The position numbers were made by a program, and so were the translations under genes. Below are positions 9,656 through 19,715 of a stretch of 64,000 nt of DNA, in pieces; within the stretch, counting starts at the first letter, position 1; each line of letters begins with the position of its first letter. The stretch covers positions 64,001 through 128,000 of the IMG/VR virus record IMGVR_UViG_3300017698_000036. One strand, written 5' to 3'. The notes beneath the pieces were generated by a model. It was not told where the DNA came from. It did no database searches and saw only the letters and a program-made list of their open reading frames with translations. The stretch is from a virus.

Positions 9656-9853
9656 ATAAAAACGTAAAGGGGTCAAAAATCGATTCTGAGACACTTTATC
9701 TCATTTGACGATGTGTTGGTGTATCTTGGGTAGGAAACGTCAAAATGGTACCCAAATTTAAGTCTAATGACCTATCCCCTTTCTATAATCATTTGAGTGG
9801 TTGAACCTAAAAATGATAATTATAGGTAGTTCAAATGACGAGGAGTCTAGGAT

Positions 9854-10210
9854 ATGCATAAGATAGAGATAGATTTAAACAAGTTAAAAAGACAATCTGT
9901 TGACACGGAACGAGAAGATTTGGAGGAGGAACTGTTGAATGAGGGTGAGTTGGAACAGTTCGGTGCACAAATACAGCTTCTCCTGCAGAGAATGTTTGGT
10001 ATGAACAGTCTACCGGTTGAGATTACCGGTAATAAATCAGACGTAAGATCCTTTGCTCAGTTGGTTGGAAGAGAGAAGAACTATATTCAAAAGATAGCCG
10101 ACTATGGTCTTAATGATCCATCCGTTGTAAAGGACAAGTATAAGTTAAAACAGGCTATACATAAGTTCGAAAGAGAGACGGGCATAAAATATCCCTTTAA
10201 AACACGATAA
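9854..10210 (+). CDS. conserved-looking virion/tail-associated hypothetical protein
   Basis: 118 aa, SD GAGGAG, within the tail operon; contains LLNE-GELEQ. Confidence 0.5.
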   Translation: MHKIEIDLNKLKRQSVDTEREDLEEELLNEGELEQFGAQIQLLLQRMFGMNSLPVEITGNKSDVRSFAQLVGREKNYIQKIADYGLNDPSVVKDKYKLKQAIHKFERETGIKYPFKTR

Positions 10211-10225
10211 TAGGAAAACTCTGAT

Positions 10226-12697
10226 ATGGCAACTAAAATAGAAGAAGATCTTAGGAATCTAGAGTTAATAAAACAAAGTTACAGGGAATTACTAAGATTA
10301 GAAGAGGAGTTGGGGGAGGAACATCTTCAGACCAAGTTACACAGAGATACGATGTTGCAACAGGCTAAGTTTATACTTGATACGGAAGTAAAGACGGTAG
10401 AACAGTATAAGATTTTAGAAGAACATCTCGAAGGTATTAAAGACTCTCAGGAAGAGTATAACGAGATGCAACAACACAATTATCGTTTAAGTAGATTTAT
10501 GCGTAATGAAGTTGAGAAGGTATATGAGATAAAGGCCAAAGAGTATAAGTTGGAAGAAGATAAACTGGAGTACATGAGAGTTTCGGAAAAGATAACGAAA
10601 CAGGAGTATGAGGTTCGTCGTGATATACTAAACGATACGGCTAAGATGTATCAAAATCAAATTGATATAACTAAACAGACTAAACTGATGGTAACTGCCA
10701 GTACTGGACTTAGATCTCAGTACGGTGGTTTGGTAGAGGCCGCAAGACTGATAGGAAAGACTAGGGGCGGTTTTAGAGCTATGGGTGCTGGTATAGCCAG
10801 TGTATTAAACCCTATGAGTCTTTTATTGAACCTATTCCAAATGCATGTTGATAGAATAAAGGAGTTGGACGTAGCCAGAACTTCATTCAACCTACAGACC
10901 GGTGCGGTTAATAGATATAAAGAGCAGCTGGAGGATGCGTATCGTTCCAACATAAGGTACAATGTGAGTCTTCAAGAGATGAGCGGTTCATTTGCCTCTC
11001 TACATAAGGAGATGACAACGTTCTCTGGTATGTCTCAAAAAGCTCAAATGGATATTGCCGGATTCACTGCCAAACTTAGAAAGAACTTAGGGGTGGATGC
11101 TGTTGGAGGGTTGGAGACTTTAAGTAGGGTCATGGGTCAGACGGGAGACCAGGCAAAAGACACATTTACATCTATGATCGAGGAGGCAGACCAATTCAAT
11201 CTTAATATTCAGGAGGTTGGAAACGGTTTAATATCCAATGCCAACAATATAGCACTATACGGTAAACGTGGTGTTAAGGTGTATATGGAATTGGCTAAGA
11301 GATCTAAGACATTGGGTATCGAGATGGGTAAACTTCATGCGATGTCAGAACAGTTCTTAGACTTTGGTGCCGCTGCTCGAATGTCTGCAACCCTTGCTCA
11401 ATATGCGGGTAAACAGGTACTATCTGCCAGTAAGTTGATTACAGCCGATGCCGAAGAGCGTGTAGATATGATAACTGGAGCGGTTAGAAAGTTGGGTAAT
11501 TTCGAGAAGATGACTGCCCAAGAGCGAATGGATATTGCCCGCTCCATGGGTGTATCTACTGCAGATCTGGCCAAGATGATGAGGGGTGAAAAGACGGAGG
11601 CCCAAGAAAGACAGGAGACACAGAGAAATCTAAATACCATACTGAAACAGAGTATTACCGTCGCGGATAATATGACAAACGCGTGGAAGAATATGGTTCA
11701 AGCGTTAGGTCCTTTGTTGGATATTATGAGATGGGTTGTGGGAGTGTTTGCCGACTTTATGGCACTAGGAGGAGGTCTTATGGGTAAGATTATTCTTATT
11801 GGTGGTGCACTTATATGGTTAGCCTCTAAGATACTGGCCCTTGTTCCACCCATTAAGATATTAGGGGCCACTGTATCATTATCGACGTTACCGTTCACTC
11901 TATTCCTGGCTGCGATACTAGCCATTGCAGTAGCGGCGATATACTTTAGAGAAGAGATATTGGGGGCTTTCACGTATGTATTCGAAAGTCTAGGAGATAT
12001 GTTCTCAGATGCATATGAGTGGATGAAAGATGCAGGTTACAATATGGTTAAGTTCTTAGCGGACGGTATATGGTCTGCAGTAACATTACCAGTAAGAGCG
12101 ATAAAGAGTGTCGTGGGTAAGATAAGGGGTTTCCTACCCTTCTCTCCTGCTAAAGAAGGGCCCCTGAAGGATATTATGGATGTCGGTCCTAATATCGTAC
12201 GATTTATAGGTAATGGGATTGATGCAAACCAGGATATGGTAACTGAACCAATGAATAGATTGGCGGGTGATATAATGCATTCATCAATAACAAGTCCAAC
12301 ATCCATGGATGTCGGTCCTAATATCGTACGATTTATAGGTAATGGGATTGATGCAAACCAGGATATGGTAACTGGACCAATGAATAGATTGGCTGGTGAT
12401 ATAATGCATTCATCAATAACAAGTCCAACATCCATTACTAAGGCCATGGAGTCGACCACTTCTGATATTAAAAATAGGGAGGTTAATGACTTTAGAAAGG
12501 CTATTACCACATCTTCTAACGTGGACAATTCCAGTAGTTCATCCACCGCAGGAGATACCAACGTGGTTAATGGGGGAGCCCCCGGTCAACCTGTTATTAT
12601 TCAACTTAAGATTGATAGCAAGGTAATTAAAGAGATCGCCTTGGACGAAATAATGAAACAGACTAAATTAAGTAACGTATTTAGTACGTATAACTAA
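10226..12697 (+). CDS. tape measure protein
   Basis: 823 aa helical/coiled-coil N-terminus, Ala/Gly-rich middle, hydrophobic segments (approx. aa 490-580) and LPFSPAKEGPL motif; downstream of tube and chaperones. Confidence 0.85.
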   Translation: MATKIEEDLRNLELIKQSYRELLRLEEELGEEHLQTKLHRDTMLQQAKFILDTEVKTVEQYKILEEHLEGIKDSQEEYNEMQQHNYRLSRFMRNEVEKVYEIKAKEYKLEEDKLEYMRVSEKITKQEYEVRRDILNDTAKMYQNQIDITKQTKLMVTASTGLRSQYGGLVEAARLIGKTRGGFRAMGAGIASVLNPMSLLLNLFQMHVDRIKELDVARTSFNLQTGAVNRYKEQLEDAYRSNIRYNVSLQEMSGSFASLHKEMTTFSGMSQKAQMDIAGFTAKLRKNLGVDAVGGLETLSRVMGQTGDQAKDTFTSMIEEADQFNLNIQEVGNGLISNANNIALYGKRGVKVYMELAKRSKTLGIEMGKLHAMSEQFLDFGAAARMSATLAQYAGKQVLSASKLITADAEERVDMITGAVRKLGNFEKMTAQERMDIARSMGVSTADLAKMMRGEKTEAQERQETQRNLNTILKQSITVADNMTNAWKNMVQALGPLLDIMRWVVGVFADFMALGGGLMGKIILIGGALIWLASKILALVPPIKILGATVSLSTLPFTLFLAAILAIAVAAIYFREEILGAFTYVFESLGDMFSDAYEWMKDAGYNMVKFLADGIWSAVTLPVRAIKSVVGKIRGFLPFSPAKEGPLKDIMDVGPNIVRFIGNGIDANQDMVTEPMNRLAGDIMHSSITSPTSMDVGPNIVRFIGNGIDANQDMVTGPMNRLAGDIMHSSITSPTSITKAMESTTSDIKNREVNDFRKAITTSSNVDNSSSSSTAGDTNVVNGGAPGQPVIIQLKIDSKVIKEIALDEIMKQTKLSNVFSTYN
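12176..12433 (+). repeat. in-frame 129-bp tandem duplication (2 copies, 43 aa) in tape measure
   Basis: Copies 12176-12304 and 12305-12433 differ at 2 positions (gaa/gga, gcg/gct). Confidence 0.95.
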
Positions 12698-12713
12698 TAG
12701 ATAGGAGAAGGTC

Positions 12714-13331
12714 ATGCCCAATGATACAGTTATATTAGGAAAACGACAGGAAGTGTGGATCAGGTCCATACCTTCAAAGGCCGAAGTCACACTTCTATCT
12801 TTCTTAGACTCCTTCAATGACACCTATCAGGCTCATTGGGACAGAGAAGCGGTATACGGTCGACAGGATCCTATTTCGACATTTAAAAATACTGATAGGA
12901 TTATAACGTTTTCTTTAACCATTCCATCCAGTTCGGTTGATGAGGCCGTAGAGAACGCTCAAAAGATATGGCTTTTACAAAGAATGCTGTATCCTAGATA
13001 CAAAACATTAGACACTACAGGAGACAGAGTTATATCCACACCTCCTCTTATAGGGGTGTTTTTCTATCCACTTATAACCGAATACAGTCAGGAAAAAGGA
13101 GCTCATGACTATCTGTATGGTACTGTTGATACTGTATCTATGGATCCTAACTTAGCCGAGGGTTGGCTATTTACGGACAAGCGTACGCCGTTTCCTAAGT
13201 CATACAGTTTTAGTATGACATTAAATGTTATACATCAAAATCCCGTTGGTTGGAGTGAAAACGGTGGAAGAGACTTAGTAACAAAGAAATTAGGTAATAA
13301 ATACAGTATTCAGAAACACTTTAAAGGGTAA
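12714..13331 (+). CDS. baseplate/tail-tube initiator-like protein
   Basis: W..EAVYGRQDPI.TFKNT.R.I.FSLTI pattern; follows the tape measure gene. Confidence 0.6.
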   Translation: MPNDTVILGKRQEVWIRSIPSKAEVTLLSFLDSFNDTYQAHWDREAVYGRQDPISTFKNTDRIITFSLTIPSSSVDEAVENAQKIWLLQRMLYPRYKTLDTTGDRVISTPPLIGVFFYPLITEYSQEKGAHDYLYGTVDTVSMDPNLAEGWLFTDKRTPFPKSYSFSMTLNVIHQNPVGWSENGGRDLVTKKLGNKYSIQKHFKG

Positions 13332-13336
13332 TTGAT

Positions 13337-13672
13337 ATGGGTAGATTTGGTAACACGGAAACGTTCAATAATAGTAATGATTTGTATAGAGATAAGTTTA
13401 AAGACAAACAACTTAAGTACATAGAACAATATAAAACTACCACCTTTAATCAAATCACCGAAGAGATGTTAGAGGACGTACGTTTTTTTAACTATGCCTG
13501 GTCTGTGGGGGATACATGGCAGTATGTCGCTGATCAGTTTTATGACTCTCCAAAAGAGTGGAAAGTACTAGCATTGTTCAATAAGTTACCAACTGAACTT
13601 CACATTTCTGTTGGTGATATTATCAGACTTCCATACTCACTTGACGAACTTAAAAGCGCTATACTAGGATAA
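13337..13672 (+). CDS. LysM-like baseplate wedge protein (gp53/P2 gpX-like)
   Basis: YAWSVGDTW..VA.QFYD....W..LA.FN.......I.VGDII.LP. Confidence 0.75.
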   Translation: MGRFGNTETFNNSNDLYRDKFKDKQLKYIEQYKTTTFNQITEEMLEDVRFFNYAWSVGDTWQYVADQFYDSPKEWKVLALFNKLPTELHISVGDIIRLPYSLDELKSAILG

Positions 13673-13677
13673 CCATT

Positions 13678-16164
13678 ATGGTAGATAAAAATAAACAAAA
13701 ACCAGCTAAACCTGTCAGTTGGATGTCTGATGATGATGTAAAGGAACGACTAAGTCAACAGTGCGTTCTTATGTTGTATTCTGACATACTTAAGGGTTAT
13801 AGTGATCCTAAGGGTTTTTATGAACGTCGAGGTCCATATGTGGTGAATGATAAGTTCCCCGTATACAACTTTAAGAATAAAAATGTTGAATATAGTAAGA
13901 TAGAGGGATTCTCTACCTTAAAAAGAAATGTTGCTAAGTTACCCAACAACCACTCCATCAATCTGGACTATGTATATGATCAGTCTTCCGATGTAGACCC
14001 TAAACTCATCATACAGAAGTATTACAGTTCAGAAAATAAGTCATATGATAGTGAAATAGTCGAGTTTCTAGAATCACTATCTACTATTCAGTTATCTACC
14101 CTCATGGCCAACATTAGAGTGGATAAATTTGTGAAGGGATCAAATAGTGCAGAGATACCAGATGGCGTATATACGTTAGACCTTCATGGGGACAACAAGA
14201 GTACTCTTAAGGACTTTTTTGATGGTAAGAGGGAGAGTATAGGTGGGTATGGTATAAAAAGTCTAGGTATTAAGCAGGAGACATCTAGGAAGACCAACTA
14301 TTCAAGTGCTAGATATCATTTGGAATTAAAGATGGTGTTTAATTCTATGAAGGACCTACTCTATGAATACACACACAAGAATGGTTCGACCTATACCGCC
14401 ACTGATGTACTTATAGGATTCTCTAATTCGGTATTAAATGAACAACAGGGCCCTCTAACGTATACCACTAGATTTCATGTTGGATACGATTCGAGCTCTT
14501 TGGATCCTGAGATATTCCCTAGAACTGTTAATGGTAAAGACGTCGATTGGAAAAGAATATTGCAAGAGATAAGCTTAGAGCTCTTTGCTACAGCCTATCA
14601 GTGGGATATCAACATTACAGAAGAGGGTAAGATAGAGGTAGTCATCAACTATGTTGGCTATACATCTATGCAGGAGACCTCTAGAGCCACGAATATACTA
14701 TTTCTGGATGATGAACTCCTGGCTTTGAATCATATCAATGAGTCGAAGAAGACAGCCAAAGAGGATAAGAAGATATCCCAGTCGGAGAGTAAGAAGCGTC
14801 AAGAATGGGCAAACGAAGACTATAAGAATTTCCTGAAGTCTGGATATACTAGATTTGTAAAGGACCTGTTTGACAGTGGTAAGATAAACTTTGCCTATGT
14901 TGATTCTACAGATGTTGAAAACATAGAACGTGGTATTGATTATATAGAACAGAATGGAGATATAACATCTAGTGAATTCGCCAACATTAGAGTACCCGAC
15001 ACGGTTAGGGATAGTCTTAGACGTAACAAAATAATAGTGTCGGAATATGACGGTAGATATAATATTACATCTGACCAATCTATCAATGCCTCCAATCAAC
15101 TGTCTGGAAAGGGTCACGAAGGTAATAAGGTGTCACAGAGTAAGAGAAAACTGAGTTTAAGTGATCTGACTGTGGTAAATGGTACCGGTAAACGTGGAAA
15201 GGTGTTATTGGATAGAGATGATTTCCTGCAGATTAACGAATCGGGCAGTGGGGAGATTGTGTCGATACCCTATTTTTATTTCAAAGATCTGGTTGCAACC
15301 GCTATGGTTATATACTATGAAAATATGAAAACCCACTTTCAGAAAGTTGCTAAAGTCAATTTAACTATGGACTTTGGTGAGATAGACATCTATGATCCAG
15401 TGTTCCCCGATAAAACGTTTAGGATGAGTATAGGTGATATACCGATATCGTACGATCTATTTACTGTATGGTTTAATCACTATGTAGTTAAACCCAAAAA
15501 GATACAGTACTCCCTGAAAGAGTTTATCCGTGATTGTATAAGATATCTTATATTACCATCCATAAAGGCAGATCAGTGTTTCTATAAGGGTAACAATCCA
15601 TGGAAAAAGGGTGGTAATGCCGATACCGATATCGATCTATATATGAATTCAGATGTTAGTAAGGATTTCAAAAATGTATGGAATCAGTTTTATATATTCT
15701 CGTATGCCAAAAAAGATAGAAAGTTCAAGAGTAAAGAACAGGATGGTAGGGATGGTATAATCTGGTTGGCCCCCGGTAGAGATAAGGGGATCGTGAAGAG
15801 TATTAATTTCGGTAAGAATACATCCAGTATGCTTAAATCTCATCTCATGGTCAGAGCTTTAGAGAAAACTACGGATGCAGACAAAAAGTCTAAGGTGACA
15901 CAGTTACGAGAGGTTTATGATGTAACTGTACGTACTATAGGAAACTCATTCATCCAGACTGGTTCAACCGTGTGCGTTCAGCCGTCACTCCTAGATTTGG
16001 GTAATATATTAGACGGCGAGAATGAATCGTGGAAGATATTGGGTATGGGTGGATACTATTCTATCGTATCGGCCGAACTGAATTTCGAAGACGGCAAGTA
16101 TGATGGTGTATATAAAGGCGTTTGGCAAGGAACCCCCTTGTCTAGAAAGAAGAACGATAAATAG
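13678..16164 (+). CDS. probable baseplate hub protein (gp27-like, large)
   Basis: 828 aa following the LysM gene. C-terminal YDVTVRTIGNS..QTGS.V.V.P...LGMGGYY.I.S..L.F..G.Y resembles hub beta-barrels. Confidence 0.5.
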   Translation: MVDKNKQKPAKPVSWMSDDDVKERLSQQCVLMLYSDILKGYSDPKGFYERRGPYVVNDKFPVYNFKNKNVEYSKIEGFSTLKRNVAKLPNNHSINLDYVYDQSSDVDPKLIIQKYYSSENKSYDSEIVEFLESLSTIQLSTLMANIRVDKFVKGSNSAEIPDGVYTLDLHGDNKSTLKDFFDGKRESIGGYGIKSLGIKQETSRKTNYSSARYHLELKMVFNSMKDLLYEYTHKNGSTYTATDVLIGFSNSVLNEQQGPLTYTTRFHVGYDSSSLDPEIFPRTVNGKDVDWKRILQEISLELFATAYQWDINITEEGKIEVVINYVGYTSMQETSRATNILFLDDELLALNHINESKKTAKEDKKISQSESKKRQEWANEDYKNFLKSGYTRFVKDLFDSGKINFAYVDSTDVENIERGIDYIEQNGDITSSEFANIRVPDTVRDSLRRNKIIVSEYDGRYNITSDQSINASNQLSGKGHEGNKVSQSKRKLSLSDLTVVNGTGKRGKVLLDRDDFLQINESGSGEIVSIPYFYFKDLVATAMVIYYENMKTHFQKVAKVNLTMDFGEIDIYDPVFPDKTFRMSIGDIPISYDLFTVWFNHYVVKPKKIQYSLKEFIRDCIRYLILPSIKADQCFYKGNNPWKKGGNADTDIDLYMNSDVSKDFKNVWNQFYIFSYAKKDRKFKSKEQDGRDGIIWLAPGRDKGIVKSINFGKNTSSMLKSHLMVRALEKTTDADKKSKVTQLREVYDVTVRTIGNSFIQTGSTVCVQPSLLDLGNILDGENESWKILGMGGYYSIVSAELNFEDGKYDGVYKGVWQGTPLSRKKNDK

Positions 16165-16175
16165 GGGGATATAAT

Positions 16176-17471
16176 ATGGATTTTGTTAAGCTTAATAATC
16201 TACATCCTAGAAAAATGTTTGAGTATAGAAAAAATTATGATACATACATAAAGCAGTATATAGAGTGGATTACATTTAATAGACCAGATCTGGATCACAA
16301 CTTTATTGATGTTTGGTATAACAAGTATCTGTACGGTAAAGTAGATAACAATTTCATACCTGTATATCCAAAAGAGAGGTATATAAGGGTTGTAGAGTCA
16401 GAAAACAAAGAGGATATGTACCTTTTACAGTTTGTATATGATGCATATAGTGACTTTAAAGACTACTTCTTTACATCGTGCAATAAACAGGGCATAGTGG
16501 TTGGTGACTTTATAGATGGTGAAATTCACCGCGGTTATGAGAGTGCCTTTGAGTCGTATACTGAGCATGTACAGGGTATCGTAAATTCTTATTGGGATGT
16601 TTTTTATTTTAACAAGAAAGAGAACAACGTCGCCAATTTTACTGAGTTTGCAAAAGAGTTTATAGACTATTTAACCAACCAGACGGTCGACGTCTTTACA
16701 TTCAGTGGTTACGTAGAGTCGGGATACAATTCCATATACAGTACCGCCCTAGCCTTGGATATGGTGGATGGTGAGTATTTCAATGACGAGGACAAAATAA
16801 CAACCTATTTCGACTCAGACATATATACTGTCTTCGTCGAAGCCGCACGTCGTTTTGGTTTTTTGGTAGATCGTAATATTCCATGGAGGATAGTGGCTGA
16901 CCTGAATAGTAAGGCTATGCAGTATTACATTCATCGTATGTTAGACTTGGATTTTATTGAGAATGTTAGAGATGAGACTGGTGATTTTGAAAACTTTACA
17001 GAATATATGGTTGACTTTATCGACGAATACACTACATTAGATGAGTACATGTTGGACAAGAATCGTATCCCTTTAACCGCCATCTTCGACATCTTCTTCG
17101 AGAAGACATATAATGTATCGTTAGAGGGTGAGGATGACATGTTGAGATCCTTGGTCATATCCATGTATAACGACTTGGTTGAGGTAGAAAAGAGAAGAAT
17201 GACCGCCACAATCGACCAGTACACCGGCATGATCCGAGTTAGTACCATATGTAGGACGGTTAAGGATATCCTGTCTCACTATAATGAACCAAATTGGCTG
17301 AAGGAATACACCAAGATAAGATTGGTTGAGTCTGGTTTTTCTAAAAATGATAGTAATTTCAAGATACTGTTAAGAAAAACTAGTATGATGAAAAAAATAC
17401 TTGACAATGAGAAGAATTTAAACTATATTTCTAATAGACTTGCTTTTTACAGATACAAGTTGAAAAATTAA
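16176..17471 (+). CDS. hypothetical protein (likely virion-associated)
   Basis: 431 aa ORF with SD GGGG at the end of the structural block; FGFLVDRNIPWRIVADL motif. Confidence 0.45.
   Translation: MDFVKLNNLHPRKMFEYRKNYDTYIKQYIEWITFNRPDLDHNFIDVWYNKYLYGKVDNNFIPVYPKERYIRVVESENKEDMYLLQFVYDAYSDFKDYFFTSCNKQGIVVGDFIDGEIHRGYESAFESYTEHVQGIVNSYWDVFYFNKKENNVANFTEFAKEFIDYLTNQTVDVFTFSGYVESGYNSIYSTALALDMVDGEYFNDEDKITTYFDSDIYTVFVEAARRFGFLVDRNIPWRIVADLNSKAMQYYIHRMLDLDFIENVRDETGDFENFTEYMVDFIDEYTTLDEYMLDKNRIPLTAIFDIFFEKTYNVSLEGEDDMLRSLVISMYNDLVEVEKRRMTATIDQYTGMIRVSTICRTVKDILSHYNEPNWLKEYTKIRLVESGFSKNDSNFKILLRKTSMMKKILDNEKNLNYISNRLAFYRYKLKN
17401..17429 (+). promoter_or_regulatory. sigma70-type promoter upstream of PolA-like gene
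   Basis: TTGACA-N17-TATATT. Confidence 0.6.
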
Positions 17472-17514
17472 TCAAAACTAATAAAACTCTAAACAATTTC
17501 AAAACGGTGTTGAG

Positions 17515-18813
17515 TTGACTAACAAAAGTGAATATTTCCAGTTAATAAAATTGAGTGATTTTGGTGACAATGATTACCGCTCTATAGGTGTATTTGATCC
17601 AGATACATTCACCATAAACTATGATATGAGCTTAGATAACTGTAAGTCTAAAACCTACGATTACGATGAACTCCTGTCAGCTAAAACAATAGACTATGGT
17701 GGGTTATACTGTGGTGGTAAGACGATTCTTGATATGTTTAAGGAAAATCCAGAGTTAAATAACTTATTTTATGATCAATATATAAGCACATTGGATGAAA
17801 TTAAAAAATATCTTAAGATATACAGTAAGGTGCGTGATAAGAGGGAGTTGGTGGTAAACAATATTATACCCAACAAACTACTAGTATTGTATTATAATAT
17901 AAAAAATAGTATAACCAGATATATATTTGAAAACTACAATAAACCTCAGAATTATGATCTACTACAACAGTCCAACATCTTATTAGGTGATATTAGAAAT
18001 AGGGAATTGAAGTTAGATCAGGTTCGAACTGTGAGACATAAAATTAAAGGTCAGAATTTACATAAGTTGAACAGTATTGGTGAATATGGGGATAGTACCA
18101 ACTTACACTATAACCTATTTGGTACTGTAACCGGTAGATTGAAGACGGCTCCGAAGACCTTTCCTATAATGGGTTTAAATAAGGAGTATCGCGATATAGT
18201 TGTTCCGTCAAATGATATGTTCGTAGAGTTGGACTACAAGGGAGCCGATGTACAGACGTTTCTTTACCTGTTCGATTCAGAGCATAGTGACGTGTATGAA
18301 AAGTATGAAGATATATACGATTTTTTCAGAGATAAGTTCTTTGGAGATGCAAAAAATCGCGATGAGGTAAAACAGAAAACCTTTGAGTTATTATATGATA
18401 AGAGAGACAACTATTTTCTAACACACCTGCCCATAAATAAAATACTGCGGGGCATGAGTGTGTTAGAAAATGATACCGAAGTGATTTTGAGAAATCCCTA
18501 CGGTCATGAAATGGAGTTGTCTAAAGAGGGGGATTTTGTTAAGCACAAGAAGATTAGCTATATGATTCAGTCTACAACAAACTGTAATATGCTACAGTCG
18601 GCAATTAACATAAATGACTATCTAAAGTCTAACTGTGTGAAGTCGAAAGTGGCTTTTATGATTCACGACAGTGTTATTGTGGATTGGGACGAGGGAGAGT
18701 TCGTTAATCATTTTGATGTAGTGCAGAGTATATTTGAAAGTACTAAATTGGGTAAGTATAATTTTAATGTTTCCATGGGTAAGAATTTTAAAGACATGGA
18801 GAAGGTGGAATAG
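17515..18813 (+). CDS. minimal family A DNA polymerase-like protein (polymerase domain only)
   Basis: FGTVTGRL, motif A ELDYKGADV, motif B R..VK..TF..LY, YMIQST and motif C MIHDSV.VD. 432 aa, TTG start, no recognisable exonuclease domain. Confidence 0.75.
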   Translation: MTNKSEYFQLIKLSDFGDNDYRSIGVFDPDTFTINYDMSLDNCKSKTYDYDELLSAKTIDYGGLYCGGKTILDMFKENPELNNLFYDQYISTLDEIKKYLKIYSKVRDKRELVVNNIIPNKLLVLYYNIKNSITRYIFENYNKPQNYDLLQQSNILLGDIRNRELKLDQVRTVRHKIKGQNLHKLNSIGEYGDSTNLHYNLFGTVTGRLKTAPKTFPIMGLNKEYRDIVVPSNDMFVELDYKGADVQTFLYLFDSEHSDVYEKYEDIYDFFRDKFFGDAKNRDEVKQKTFELLYDKRDNYFLTHLPINKILRGMSVLENDTEVILRNPYGHEMELSKEGDFVKHKKISYMIQSTTNCNMLQSAININDYLKSNCVKSKVAFMIHDSVIVDWDEGEFVNHFDVVQSIFESTKLGKYNFNVSMGKNFKDMEKVE

Positions 18814-18814
18814 T

Positions 18815-19114
18815 ATGTTGTATGTTATTTTATTTGTTTTAGGTTTTATCATGGGGTACGGTGTTCGTTCTTTCTATGGAAAACAGACAGAGAAGGGCCC
18901 GTCTCACAAATGGGAATGTAAGGGCGCAATTAATATGTGTATACGGACATATAGTGGTGACACCCCCTTAGGAGAGTTTCGTTACCCCCTATATAGGGTC
19001 TGTAAGGTTTGTGGTCAGGTAGATAAAAACTGGAGAAATAGTGAGAATGACAAACATGAGACTTGGATATGCTCCGAGGTCGGTGATGGTAAGTGTGACA
19101 AGGATAAGGTGTAG
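18815..19114 (+). CDS. small membrane-anchored Cys/His protein
   Basis: N-terminal TM (MLYVILFVLGFIMGYGV), then H..C, CxxC and C..C. ATG at 18815 follows the PolA stop. Confidence 0.5.
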   Translation: MLYVILFVLGFIMGYGVRSFYGKQTEKGPSHKWECKGAINMCIRTYSGDTPLGEFRYPLYRVCKVCGQVDKNWRNSENDKHETWICSEVGDGKCDKDKV

Positions 19115-19116
19115 AT

Positions 19117-19701
19117 ATGCAGGTACACTCTGTTCAAAGTTCAGTTGTAGAGGACTTGGAGATCAACGTACGACTGTATATACTCTACCTGATAACTCAC
19201 TCGAATCGATTCATAATAGATCACCAGAAAGGTCATGTGGCTCCTTTTTTTAACCTTGTATATGATAATGTCAATAAGAGAAGTGTTAGAGAGAGTGTGT
19301 CAAAAAATATGATATTAAAGCTTGACGAAGCCCATGACTTTAATACTGGATATAATGATATTGTTAATGATATTATGAAAAACTATCGTGAATATGAAAA
19401 TGACTCTTATACCAGTCTTGATTATGAGTCCAAAATGGCCGGTATTTTTCATAAGTGTGGCACGTGTAAACATTGCCGACCTCATGATATCGTGCCAATG
19501 GCGGTGGAGTGTATGTTAAGACGTCAGTTTGATGGATCCATCGGCCAGCCACCACCAGATGTGTTTTTGTACGAGGCCTTTGGTGCACGGGGAACTTTAA
19601 GACCCCCCTACTGTGACTACGAGTTTTCAGACGATAGTGTTTTCAATAATATGTATAAGATGTACAATGAAGACATAAAACCCAAGTTTCAATTGTTTTA
19701 A
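19117..19701 (+). CDS. hypothetical protein ending in KFQLF
   Basis: 194 aa; CGTCKHC motif; C-terminal FQLF-stop. Confidence 0.55.
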   Translation: MQVHSVQSSVVEDLEINVRLYILYLITHSNRFIIDHQKGHVAPFFNLVYDNVNKRSVRESVSKNMILKLDEAHDFNTGYNDIVNDIMKNYREYENDSYTSLDYESKMAGIFHKCGTCKHCRPHDIVPMAVECMLRRQFDGSIGQPPPDVFLYEAFGARGTLRPPYCDYEFSDDSVFNNMYKMYNEDIKPKFQLF

Positions 19702-19715
19702 GGATGAGGTGTGAT

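Noticed and set aside
12176-12433. Tape-measure duplication or LRR paralogs as a diversity-generating retroelement TR/VR pair
   Set aside because: No reverse transcriptase in the window. The differences are not adenine-specific (one A/G and one G/T in the duplication), and the copies are in-frame parts of genes.
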